Shown here: piece by piece, positions 1-12,403 of the stretch
Numbering within the stretch: position 1 is the stretch's first letter
How the letters are laid out: every line of letters begins with the position of its first letter
Assembly: GCA_002269645.1 (NCBI GenBank)
Contig: NIVC01001023.1
Location: 310,001-374,000 of the forward strand
Reading direction: 5' to 3'
Source of the DNA: Macrostomum lignano
Lineage: Eukaryota
DNA length: 64,000 nucleotides
Notes under the pieces: model-generated
Seen by the model: the letters and a program-made list of their open reading frames with translations, nothing else
The model's database searches: none
Told to the model about the DNA's origin: nothing
Program-made: the position numbers and the translations under genes

Positions 1-959
1 TGAGCCGTCAGGAGCTGATTGCATGGCTGGCAGAAGCCAACAGACAGCAGGCTGCTAGAGAGCTGGATGAGACCTGGCAAGCCTACAACCTGACCACTGA
101 TGGAGCAGACAGCTTCCTGGACTGGGACAGTCACGCTGCTCGCCGAGCTGCAAGCGTGGACACTGGAACCGCTTCCGGCTCGGAAGAGGAAAAGGCAAAA
201 GCCAAGCAACAGCAGCAGGCGGAGTTCCAAGCCGAGGTGAAACGAGCTATTGATGAGGCTAGCAAGGAGACTGGGATTGACAAAGCCGGCATCAATGTTG
301 GCGTGCCGCAGATGCCACCTCCTGAGACACCGGAGCCGACAAAGTCAACAAGAACGGAAGCTGACGGCGGCGGCAGCGAGGCGGAGCATCAGCATCGGCT
401 GGCGGTGGAACTCGGCCGCGATCGCCGACGCTGGGAAGCCGCCGACGAGGACGGCGACGGCCGGTTGAATCGGCGCGAATTTGCGGCGTTCGCCCTGGCC
501 GAAGGGGCCGCCGAGGGCGCTGCCGCAGCCTCGCCCGCAATGCGCCGGGTGCTGGCGCTGGAGGCCATGGAGCGGCTGGACTCGGACGGCGATGGCCGAG
601 TGTCTCTGGCCGAGTTCCTGGCCGGAGCACCGGCCGCAACCGATCCCAAAGCGCCGGACGAGGACGCCAAGAATTTCAAGGACGTCTGGGATGTGAACAA
701 GGACGGCTATATGGACGCGGAGGAGATGGAGAAGATGCTGGATTATGTGGACTCGGCTGGACCGGCTCACAGCAAGGAGGCTGAGGCTGAAGCTGAGGCG
801 GCTGAGCTGGCTGATGAAGCTGACAGGCTGATGAAGACGGTCGATTCAAACCTGGACGGCGGTCTGAGCAAAGACGAGGTGCTGGCGAGACTGACGGACT
901 TCGCCGGCTCCGCTGCTACGGACTACGGCAGCTCGATTGGCATCCATGATGAGCTGTGA
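1..959 (+). CDS. CREC-family (calumenin/reticulocalbin-like) multi-EF-hand ER protein, 5' end outside window
   Basis: Frame is open from position 3 (SRQELIAWL...), upstream of the listed 156 start, to TGA at 957-959. EF-hand loops DEDGDGRLNRREF, DSDGDGRVSLAEF, DVNKDGYMDAEEM and DSNLDGGLSKDEV; RDRRRW motif; C-terminal HDEL. No intron in the visible part. Confidence 0.88.
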   Translation, partial: SRQELIAWLAEANRQQAARELDETWQAYNLTTDGADSFLDWDSHAARRAASVDTGTASGSEEEKAKAKQQQQAEFQAEVKRAIDEASKETGIDKAGINVGVPQMPPPETPEPTKSTRTEADGGGSEAEHQHRLAVELGRDRRRWEAADEDGDGRLNRREFAAFALAEGAAEGAAAASPAMRRVLALEAMERLDSDGDGRVSLAEFLAGAPAATDPKAPDEDAKNFKDVWDVNKDGYMDAEEMEKMLDYVDSAGPAHSKEAEAEAEAAELADEADRLMKTVDSNLDGGLSKDEVLARLTDFAGSAATDYGSSIGIHDEL

Positions 960-971
960 CGCCTCACAGCT

Positions 972-1403
972 GACTGAGTAGGACTCAATATGCTGAGTAG
1001 GACTGAAGATGCTGAGTAGGACTGAAGATGCTGAGTAGGACTAAAGATGCTGAGTAGGACTGAATATGCTGAGTAGTACTGAAGATGCTGAGTAGGACTG
1101 AAGATGCTGAGTAGGACTGAATATGCTGAGTAGTACTGAAGATGCTGAGTAGGACTGAAGATGCTGAGTAGGACTAAAGATGCTGAGTAGGACTGAAGAT
1201 GCCGAGTAGGACTCAATAGCTGACTAGGACTGAAGATGCTGAGTAGTACTGAAGATGCTGAGTAGGACTGAAGATGCTGAGTAGGACTCAATATGCTGAG
1301 TAGAACTCAAGATGCTGAGTAGTACTGAAGATGCTGAGTAGGACTCAAGATGCTGAGTAGAACTCAAGATGCTGAGTAGGACTTAAGATGCTGAGTGGGA
1401 CTC
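972..1403. repeat. 19-bp minisatellite (gctgagtaggactgaagat)
   Basis: About 22 tandem units with single-base variants, directly after the CREC stop codon. Confidence 0.95.
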
Positions 1404-1423
1404 TTGATGTCAACAAGTGCTCG

Positions 1424-1438
1424 AATAAATACAATAAA
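1424..1438 (+). terminator. Putative polyadenylation signals of the CREC gene
   Basis: AATAAA at 1424-1429 and 1433-1438, followed by a T-rich stretch near 1480-1510. Confidence 0.55.
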
Positions 1439-1554
1439 TAAGTCATTAACAATTTTCGATGAGTCTAATGTAACAGTTCCTATTTTCGTATTTTATTTTT
1501 TCACTTCTTTTGTCCCCTAAAGGAAACTGGAAAAGTACAAATTCACTAACTCAC

Positions 1555-4500
1555 CTTGAGTTCTATGCACAGAGACGGCCGACCTTCGAGCACGAACTTG
1601 TCAAGTTCGATAGGCAGGAAAGCCACATCCGATGTGATGATGGCCTCGTGATAATGCACATCGATGTCCTTTACCAGCCGGTTTTGGGGACGGAAGGGGC
1701 GCATCAGGGTGTTGATCTGGGTCAAGTACTCAGTGTCCGCGTGCAGCACTTCCTGTTGGTGTTAGGGATTAGCCTGCTGTGTGATTGGGATGACTGACTG
1801 CACTCTAAGCTACAAAGACCGGTTCTGTGGTGACTGACTGCACTCTAAGCTACAAAGACCGGTTCTGTGGTGACTGACTGCTCTCTAAGCTACAAAGACC
1901 GGTTCTGTGGTGACTGACTGCACTCTAAGCTACAAAGACCGGTGCTGTGATGACTGACTGCACTCTAAGCTACAAAGACCGGTTCTGTGATGACTGACTG
2001 CACTCTAAGCTACAAAGACCGGTTCTGTGATGACTGACTGCACTCTAAGCTACAAAGACCGGTTCTGTGGTGACTGACTGCACTCTAAGCTACAAAGACC
2101 GGTTCTGTGATGACTGACTGCTCTCTAAGCTACAAAGACCGGTTCTGTGATGACTGACTGCTCTCTAAGCTACAAAGACCGGTTCTGTGATGACTGACTG
2201 CTCTCTAAGCTACAAAGACCGGTTCTGTGATGACTGACTGCACTCTAAGCTACAAAGACCGGTACTGTGGTGACTGACTGCACTCTAAGCTACAAAGACC
2301 GGTTCTGTGATGACTGACTGCACTCTAAGCTACAAAGACCGGTTCTGTGGTGACTGACTGCACTCTAAGCTACAAAGACCGGTTCTGTGATGACTGACTG
2401 CACTCTAAGCTATAAAGACCGGTTCTGTGATGACTGACTGCACTCTAAGCTATAAAGACCGGTTCTGTGATGACTGACTGCACTGCACTCTAAGCTACAA
2501 AGACCGGTTCTGTGGTGACTGACTGCTCTCTAGGCTACAAAGACCGGTTCTGTGGCGACTGACTGCACTCTAAGCTACAAAGACCGGTTCTGTGATGACT
2601 GACTGCACTCTAAGCTATAAAGACCGGTTCTGTGATGACTGACTGCACTCTAAGCTACAAAGACTGCACTCTAAGCTACAAAGACTGCACTCTAAGTTAC
2701 AAAGACTGCACTCTAAGCTACAAAGACCGGTTTTGTGATGACTGACTGCACTCTAAGCTACAAAGACTGCACTCTAAGCTACAAAGACCGGTTTGTGATG
2801 ACTGACTGCACTCTAATCTACAAAGACTGCACTCTAAGCTACAAAGACCGGTTCTGTGGTGACTCACTGCACTCTAAGCTACAAAGACCGGTTCTGTGGT
2901 GACTCACTGCACTCTAAGCTACAAAGACCGTTTCTGTGATGACTGACTGCACTCTAAGCTATAAAGACCGGTTCTGTGGTGACTCACTGCACTCTAAGCT
3001 ACAAAGACCGGTTCTGTGATGACTGACTGCACTCTAAGCTACAAAGACCGGTTCTGTGATGACTGACTGCACTCTAAGCTACAAAGACTGCACTCTAAGC
3101 TACAAAGACCGGTTCTGTGATGACTGACTGCACTCTAAGCTACAAAGACCGGTTTTGTGATGACTGACTGCACTCTAAGCTACAAAGACTGCACTCTAAG
3201 CTACAAAGACTGCACTCTAAGCTACAAAGACCGGTTTGTGATGACTGACTGCACTCTAATCTACAAAGACTGCACTCTAAGCTACAAAGACCGGTTCTGT
3301 GGTGACTGACTGCACTCTAAGCTACAAAGACCGGTTCTGTGGTGACTCACTGCACTCTAAGCTACAAAGACCGGTTCTGTGATGACTGACTGCACTCTAA
3401 GCTATAAAGACCGGTTCTGTGGTGACTGACTGCACTCTAAGCTACAAAGACCGGTTCTGTGGTGACTGACTGCACTCTAAGCTACAAAGACCGGTTCTGT
3501 GATGACTGACTGCACTCTAAGCTATAAAGACCGGTTCTGTGATGACTGACTGCTCTCTAAGCTACAAAGACCGGTGCTGTGATGACTGACTGCACTCTAA
3601 GCTACAAAGACCGGTTCTGTGATGACTGACTGCACTCTAAGCTACAAAGACCGGTTCTGTGATGACTGACTGCTCTCTAAGCTACAAAGACCGGTGCTGT
3701 GATGACTGACTGCACTCTAAGCTACAAAGACCGGTTCTGTGGTGACTGACTGCACTCTAAGCTACAAAGACCGGTTCTGTGATGACTGACTGCTCTCTAA
3801 GCTACAAAGACCGGTTCTGTGGTGACTGACTGCACTCTAAGCTACAAAGACCGGTTCTGTGATGACTGACTGCACTCTAAGCTACAAAGACCGGTTCTGT
3901 GATGACTGACTGCTCTCTAAGCTACAAAGACCGGTTCTGTGGTGACTGACTGCACTCTAAGCTACAAAGACCGGTTCTGTGATGACTGACTGCACTCTAA
4001 GCTATAAAGACCGGTTCTGTGATGACTGACTGCACTCTAAGCTACAAAGACCGGTACTGTGGTGACTGACTGCACTCTAAGCTACAAAGACCGGTTCTGT
4101 GATGACTGACTGCACTCTAAGCTACAAAGACCGGTTCTGTGGTGACTGACTGCACTCTAAGCTACAAAGACCGGTTCTGTGATGACTGACTGCACTCTAA
4201 GCTATAAAGACCGGTTCTGTGATGACTGACTGCACTCTAAGCTATAAAGACCGGTTCTGTGATGACTGACTGCACTGCACTCTAAGCTACAAAGACCGGT
4301 TCTGTGGTGACTGACTGCTCTCTAGGCTACAAAGACCGGTTCTGTGGTGACTGACTGCACTCTAAGCTACAAAGACCGGTTCTGTGATGACTGACTGCAC
4401 TCTAAGCTATAAAGACCGGTTCTGTGATGACTGACTGCACTCTAAGCTACAAAGACTGCACTCTAAGCTACAAAGACTGCACTCTAAGTTACAAAGACTG

Positions 4501-7500
4501 CACTCTAAGCTACAAAGACCGGTTTTGTGATGACTGACTGCACTCTAAGCTACAAAGACTGCACTCTAAGCTACAAAGACCGGTTTGTGATGACTGACTG
4601 CACTCTAATCTACAAAGACTGCACTCTAAGCTACAAAGACCGGTTCTGTGGTGACTCACTGCACTCTAAGCTACAAAGACCGGTTCTGTGGTGACTCACT
4701 GCACTCTAAGCTACAAAGACCGTTTCTGTGATGACTGACTGCACTCTAAGCTATAAAGACCGGTTCTGTGGTGACTGACTGCACTCTAAGCTACAAAGAC
4801 CGGTTCTGTGATGACTGACTGCACTCTAAGCTACAAAGACCGGTTCTGTGATGACTGACTGCACTCTAAGCTACAAAGACTGCACTCTAAGCTACAAAGA
4901 CCGGTTCTGTGATGACTGACTGCACTCTAAGCTACAAAGACCGGTTTTGTGATGACTGACTGCACTCTAAGCTACAAAGACTGCACTCTAAGCTACAAAG
5001 ACCGGTTTGTGATGACTGACTGCACTCTAATCTACAAAGACTGCACTCTAAGCTACAAAGACCGGTTCTGTGGTGACTGACTGCACTCTAAGCTACAAAG
5101 ACCGGTTCTGTGGTGACTGACTGCACTCTAAGCTACAAAGACCGGTTCTGTGATGACTGACTGCACTCTAAGCTATAAAGACCGGTTCTGTGGTGACTGA
5201 CTGCACTCTAAGCTACAAAGACCGGTTCTGTGGTGACTGACTGCACTCTAAGCTACAAAGACCGGTTCTGTGATGACTGACTGCACTCTAAGCTATAAAG
5301 ACCGGTTCTGTGATGACTGACTGCTCTCTAAGCTACAAAGACCGGTGCTGTGATGACTGACTGCACTCTAAGCTACAAAGACCGGTTCTGTGATGACTGA
5401 CTGCACTCTAAGCTACAAAGACCGGTTCTGTGATGACTGACTGCTCTCTAAGCTACAAAGACCGGTGCTGTGATGACTGACTGCACTCTAAGCTACAAAG
5501 ACCGGTTCTGTGGTGACTGACTGCACTCTAAGCTACAAAGACCGGTGCTGTGATGACTGACTGCACTCTAAGCTACAAAGACCGGTTCTGTGGTGACTGA
5601 CTGCACTCTAAGCTACAAAGACCGGTTCTGTGGTGACTGACTGCATTCTAAGCTACAAAGACTGCACTCTAAGCTACAAAGACTGCACTCTAAGCTACAA
5701 AGACTGCAACAGCTGTCAGTGGCACTCACAATAGGCGGTATAAACCGAACTCCAAGCAAATGCTTCATCACAGTCTCAATGTACAAATAGGTCAAATTCA
5801 ATGATTTAGGCGGTTTCTTCAATTTGCGTGTCTGCAGCTTCTTGATGCTGATGAGGCGCGAGTGGTAGCACCTGCAGCAGTGAGGAGCCGCTATGGGACA
5901 GTCGCAGCTGCCAGACTGGAGTGAAGGGGCTGCAGCATCAGCCGGCTCAACTGCTGAGATGGTCGAGTTTGAGCAGTCTGTCGACTCGCAGACTCCCAAG
6001 TGGCAGGAGTGGCACAGTTTCGTCTGGAATGTTAAACAAGTAATAAAATATGTTACTATGGAAACTAGAAATGCAGGTTAATACTAAATATGAATTTAAA
6101 AGATAAAAATTGACTACACGAGGTTTAGGATTTTATATTATAGGGCAAGATTTTCTTGGCAATCGATGGTAAGAAATATAAAAGTATCAACATTCTGCAT
6201 CAATCAATATGGACAGAATGGCATGCCTGTTTCTGGTGGCCGAAAGACCGGATTAAGTTCTGTTGACCTTTATTACTTACTTGCGAGTGGTTCACGTCAA
6301 ATTATCATTATTATCCATCTCAATATACTCGAATATTTACCCTACTCATATCTATCTCACCCTACTCATATCTATCTCACCCTACTCATATCTATCTCAC
6401 CCTACTCATATCTATCTCAACCTACTCATATCTATCTCAACCTAAAGATATCTATCTCACCCTACTCATATCTATCTCACTCTACTTATATCTATGTTAC
6501 ACTACTCATATCTATCTCACCCTACTCATATCTATCTCACCCTACTCATATCTATCTCAACCTACTCATATCTATCTCACCCTACTCATATCTATCTGAA
6601 CCTACTCATATCTGTCTCAACCTACTCATATCGATCTCACCCTACTCATATCTATCTCACCCTACTTATATCTATCTCAACCTACTCATATCTATCTCAC
6701 CCTACTCATATCTATCTGAACCTACTCATATCTGTCTCAACCTACTCATATCGATCTCACCCTACTCATGTCTATCTCACCCTGCTCAAATCTATCTCAC
6801 CTGACTTATACCTATCTCACCCTGCTCATATATATCTAAACCTACTCATATATATCTTACCTATCTATCTCACCCTACTCATAACAATCTAGCTAACCCT
6901 ACTCATATCTATCTCACCCTACTCATATCTATCTTACCCTACTCATATCTATCTCACCCTATCCATATCTATCTCTCGATAGATTCAGTGCAAGGAATTT
7001 TACAAAAAAATTGGGATAAAAGCTGAGCCAAAGAGCCGAGCCCAATCACTGTACCCATCCCGCTGATAATGCAGGTACAAAACTACACCGCATCAGTTTC
7101 AATTGCCCCCGATGCAGCAGAGTTTGCACAGAGGGATTTTCCTCAGACTGGGCACCGGAAGCACTCGAGGACGGCAGAACCTGACGCGCCAAATACAGCA
7201 GAAGACGCAGAGGCAGAAGCAGCAACAGCTGTTGCAGAAATTGCAAAGGCAACAAACGCATAGCCTGACGGGCTAGTGAGGCCGATAACTTTGGCTAAAA
7301 AATTTGGCACAATGTTCCGGGTGTGTGGGTCTGGAATAAGCACTCCATCGGAACTCAATCGTTTATTAACAAATTAGGATAATTTTAAAATAAACAAACA
7401 AACAACATCTAGAAAACAATATTTCCAAAAAAGTCGATTCTAAATTATTAACTACTAAAAATATTAAAATGCGTACCTTCTTTGTTGACACTTTCTCGTA

Positions 7501-8502
7501 GGGCTCCTTGACTTTGCGAAATCTGAGCACTTGACGCTTCTGAAAACCAACATTAGGCCATCGTGATCTTTGTGGATTGAATTCAGTTCTTAGACCTCCT
7601 GTTTGAACCCCTCCGAACGGATGTCGCTACCCTCTCCCTGATGTAGCTACCACCTCCCTGATGTTGCTACCCTCTCCCTGATGCAGCTACCCTCTCCCTG
7701 ATGCAGATACCCTCTCCCTGATGCAGCTACACTCTCCCTGATGCAGCTACCCTCTCCCTGATGCAGCTACCCTCTCCCTGATGCAGCTGCCCTCTCCCTG
7801 ATGCAGCTACACTCTCCCTGATGCAGCTACCCTCTCCCTGATGCAGCTACACTCTCCCTGATGTCACTGCCCTCTCCCTGATGCAGCTACCCCCTCCGCA
7901 GCTACCCTCTTCCTGATGCAGCTGCCCTCTCCCTGATGCAGCTACCCTCTCCCTAATGTAGCTACCCTCTTCCTTGATGCAGCTATCCTCTCCCTAATGT
8001 AGCTACTCTCTCCCCTGATGCAGCTACCCCCTCCCTAATGCAGCTACCCTCTCCCTGATGTCGCTACCCTCTCCCTGATGCAGCTACACTCTCCCTGATG
8101 TCACTGCCCTCTCCCTGATGCAGCTACCCCCTCCGCAGCTACACTCTCCCTGATGCAGCTGCCCTCTCCCTGATGCAGCTACCCTCTCCCTGATGCAGCT
8201 GCCCTCTCCCTGATGCCGTTACCCTCTCCCTGATTCAGCAACCCTCTCATTGATGCCCGCTACCCCCCTCAATAACCCACTGCAATTGTGATGCCGCCCA
8301 GAGGCCCCCACCTCACCTTCTCATAGGCGGCCACCAAGGTGAAGTTACCTTCACCGCGGTACTTCAAATCTGTAAGCTGAATGCCCGCCTCCTGCAGACT
8401 CATCGGTGCCAGAGATGCTGCGTGAGCCTCCGTCAGGACCACTTCGCCTCCCAGCGAGAGTTCCACACCTTCGTCCTCTTCTGCAGCATCTTCTTTTGTC
8501 AT
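1555..8502 (-). CDS. IPPK: Inositol-pentakisphosphate 2-kinase (IP5 2-K), exons 1-4; 3' part outside window
   Basis: Exons 8502-8317, 7539-7477, 6023-5730 and 1752-1555, all GT-AG and phase 0 (247 aa). Motifs appear in IPPK order: YRGEGNFTLV, VLRFRK, YIETVMKHLLG, RPQNRLVKDID and RPSLCIELK (start of the E[IL]KPK motif, cut by the next intron). Confidence 0.88.
1791..5707. repeat. 40-bp minisatellite (gactgactgcactctaagctacaaagaccggttctgtgat) with 21-bp deletion variants, filling IPPK intron 3
   Basis: About 3.9 kb of tandem units; no unique spacers. Confidence 0.97.
6341..6976. repeat. 20-bp minisatellite (cctactcatatctatctcac) in IPPK intron 2
   Basis: About 30 tandem units. Confidence 0.95.
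7621..8268. repeat. 20-bp minisatellite (cctctccctgatgcagctac) in IPPK intron 1
   Basis: About 30 tandem units. Confidence 0.95.
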
Positions 8503-8630
8503 TGCTTTATTTCTGCTTTTAGTGCCAATACAATTAGTTGGAACAGATTTTGAACACTGAAATGTATTACAAAATTTTGAATATTTTATCCGAAGTATGA
8601 TAGAACATTTACAGATAGTGAACTCGATGG

Positions 8631-8965
8631 ATTATGAAATGTATGAATTATGAAGTTTATGAATTATGAAATTTATGAATTATGAAATTTATGAATTATG
8701 AAATTTATAAATTATGTAAATTTATGAATTATGAAATTTATGAATTATGGAAATTATGAATTATGAAAATTATGAATTATGAAAATTATGAATTATGAAA
8801 ATTATGAATTATGAAATTTATGAATTATGAAATTTATGATTTATGAAATTTATGAATTATGAAATTTATGATTTATGAAATCTATGAATTAGGAAATTTA
8901 TGAATTATGAAGTTTATGAATTATGAAATTTATGAATTTTTGAAGTTTATGAATTATTAAATTTG
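8631..8965. repeat. AT-rich 16-bp tandem repeat (tatgaattatgaaatt) upstream of IPPK
   Basis: Direct inspection. Confidence 0.9.
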
Positions 8966-9611
8966 TGAATTATAAATAGATAAAAAATGACTTTCTATTA
9001 GTTAACAGAAACTAAAATTAAACTAAACCCACAAAGAAGGCAAGCAAAAAATTTGACATGTAAAATTGCTTAATAAAAAAGCCGGTATGAAAATTGACAG
9101 AACATATTTCTTTAACAATTTTATATTATAAGTCACTCATATTACCAGAAAAATATACATGTAGCAGGATTGCAGTGCAGCAACACAGAGTAATTAAATT
9201 ATTGAACTTTTTGTTAAATAAAACTGAGAAAATATTTTAGGTATTGTACAAATATGTTTCCATAGTAATTACGCATGCACAATATTTGTTTATGTACATA
9301 CAGGTACAAACTTTGATTCAGATTTGTAATTGCCGCAATTATATATGCATATAATACTATACACATACTAAGTAACTGCTGAAACTAATCGACCAGATTA
9401 TTTAAATTTTAAGCAATTAAAGTGTACACTCCACATTTTCGTTGGTTATAAACATGAACCAAATATAAATATTTATATATCATATATTTTATTGCACGTT
9501 GTTAAATAGAAATAAACTGTATTTATCACAATTTAAGTTTATTGATTAAAGTTATCAGTGATTGCTGGGTCAGTAAGGTAAGGAAACTTAGATGGGATGG
9601 TATTAATGCGA

Positions 9612-10810
9612 TCGGATGGGATTGATGGGATTGATAGGATGGGACTGATGGGTGGGAACGATGGGATGGGCCTGATGAGGTGGGACTGATAAGATGGGAC
9701 TGATGGGATGGGACTGATAGGGTGGGACTGATGGGGTGGGACTGATGGGGTGGGACTGATAAGATGGGACTGATGGGGTGGGACTGATAAGATGGGACTG
9801 ATGGGGTGGGACTGATAAGATGGGACTGATGGGGTGGGAACGATGGGATGAGACTGATGGGGTGGGACTGATGGGGTGGGACTGATAAGATGGGACTGAT
9901 GGGGTGGGACTGATGGGGTGGGACTGATGGGGTGGGACTGATAAGATGGGACTGATGGGGTGGGAACGATGGGATGAGACTGATGGGGTGGGACTGATGG
10001 GGTGGGACTGATAAGATGGGACTGATGGGGTGGGACTGATGGGGTGGGACTGATGGGGTGGGACTGATGGGGTGGGACTGATGGGGTGGGACTGATGGGG
10101 TGGGACTGATGGGGTGGGACTGATGGGGTGGGACTGATGGGGTGGGACTGATAAGATGGGAGTGATGGGGTGGGACTGATGGGGTGGGACTGATAAGATG
10201 GGAGTGATGGGGTGGGACTGATGGGGTGGGACTGATGGGATGAGACTGATGGGGTGGGACTGATGGGGTGGGACTGATAAGATGGGACTGATGGGGTGGG
10301 ACTGATGGGGTGGGACTGATGGGGTGGGACTGATGGGGTGGGACTGATGGGGTGGGACTGATGGGGTGGGACTGATAAGATGGGAGTGATGGGATGGGGC
10401 TGATGAGATGGGACTGATGGGGTGGGGCTGATGAGATGGGACTGATGGGGTGGGGCTGATAAGATGGGACTGATGGGGTGGGGCTGATGAGATGGGACTG
10501 ATGGGGTGGGACTGATAAGATGGGACTGATGGGGTGGGAACGATGGGATGAGACTGATGGGGTGGGACTGATGGGGTGGGACTGATGGGGTGGGACTGAT
10601 GGGGTGGGACTGATGGGGTTGGACTGATGGGGTGGGACTGATGGGGTGGGACTGATAAGATGGGAGTGATGGGGTGGGGCTGATGAGATGGGACTGATGG
10701 GGTGGGGCTGATGAGATGGGACTGATGGGGTGGGGCTGATGAGATGGGACTGATGGGGTGGGGCTGATGAGATGGGACTGATGGGGTGGGGCTGATGAGA
10801 TGGGACTGAT
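9612..10810. repeat. G-rich 14-bp minisatellite (ggggtgggactgat / aagatgggactgat variants)
   Basis: About 1.2 kb of tandem units with GGGG and GGG runs. Confidence 0.95.
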
Positions 10811-11465
10811 AATGTAAAAGCAAAAGGCTACAGAATTCCCAAGGCAACTAAAAGAAGCAAGTTAAAATTTATAAGCAGAAAAAATTAGCAAAGCCATTAG
10901 TAGGAAATGACTAACACCAGTTGATCTGGATAGAATATAAATCATAATGTATAGTGTCATGCCTAGCAACCCGACAGACAATCAGGCTGAATGACAGTTT
11001 GATTCCACATATACAGCATTTACAGGAATCCATCATTGCTAAAGTTTTAGCAGGTAAAAAATTAATTTTCAATAAAGAAAGAAAGAAATATCGAATGTGC
11101 CAAAAAAATCGCCAAAAACGTAAATAGAGAATTTAAAGTTAAATAGAATCATAGAGAATCATTAAAACGCCGTTGCTAACGATCGAGTAGCTTAGCTCCT
11201 ACTCATAGTAGTAGACAAACTATATAGCAATAAATAAACATGAAATGTACAGGTGCAGCAGTGAACCGGAAAATCTGGGTGTACCCATTGCGCATTCATT
11301 TTGAAAAAAAAAACACATCAAACACCGGCTAAGAGTGCCTGCAGATTGATTAGTCAGTTAGTCAATTATTAAATTTCTGGATTGAGCGCTTACTGAATCA
11401 ATAGCCAGGTAAAAAGATCAATGAAAATAGCTATTCAATAACAGCTAATCATTTTATTATTACAT

Positions 11466-12142
11466 CAATCCTTGTTTGATCAATTAATCGATCGATAAAT
11501 AAATCAATCAATGGATCGATAAATCAATCAATGTATTGATCGATAAACCAATCAATGGATCCATCAATAAATCAATAAATCAGTCAATGGATCGATCGAT
11601 AAATCAATCAATCAATCAATGTATCGATTGATAAATCAATCAATGGATCCACCAATAAATCAATAAATCAGTCAATGGATCGATCGATAAATCAATCAAT
11701 CAATCAATGGATCGATCGATAAATCAATCATTCAATCAATGGATCGATTGATAAATCAATCAATCAATCAATGAATCGATCGATAAATAAAACAATCAAT
11801 CAATGGATCGATCGATAAATCAATCAATCAATCAATGGATCGATCGATAAATCAATCAATCAATGGATCGATCAATAAATCAATCAATCAATGGATAGAT
11901 CGATAAATCATTCAATCAATCAATCGATCGATAAATCAATCAATCAATCAATGGATCGATGGATAAATCAATCAACCAATCAACGGATCCATCAATAAAT
12001 CAATAAATCAGTCAATGGATCGATCGATAAATCAATCAATCAGTCAATTGATCGATCGATAGATCAATCAATCAATCAATGGATCGATCGATAAATCAAT
12101 CAATCAATCAATCAACCAACCAACCAATCAATAAATCAATCC
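11466..12142. repeat. Compound ATCA/GATC repeat (aatcaatcaatggatcgatcgata-type, about 24-28 bp)
   Basis: Direct inspection; lies downstream of the TBC gene stop codon. Confidence 0.9.
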
Positions 12143-12403
12143 AGATAGGCCTCCAATCGCAGCCCATAATTATTGTCAATAATCAATTCCCAGCACATAA
12201 ATAACTACGAGTACATACGCAAAACTCAGCAGGCAAGGATTCACTAGCACAGATGGAGCATCCGGAAAACCCAAGACTGGAAGTAGGAAAGACAGGCAAG
12301 CAAGTAAAAACAGTCGGTGCTCAAATATAGACTTCAGGGATCGAGATGCAGGAGATTCCTCAAAGAAAGGCGAACACTCGATGGATTTGAACGATTGAAT
12401 CAA

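Noticed and set aside
1791-5707. CRISPR-like look of the 40-bp array
   Set aside because: Units are directly adjacent with no unique spacers, there are no cas genes, and the context is a eukaryotic intron.
7143-7145. TGA as selenocysteine
   Set aside because: No SECIS evident and no in-frame splice path into this segment.
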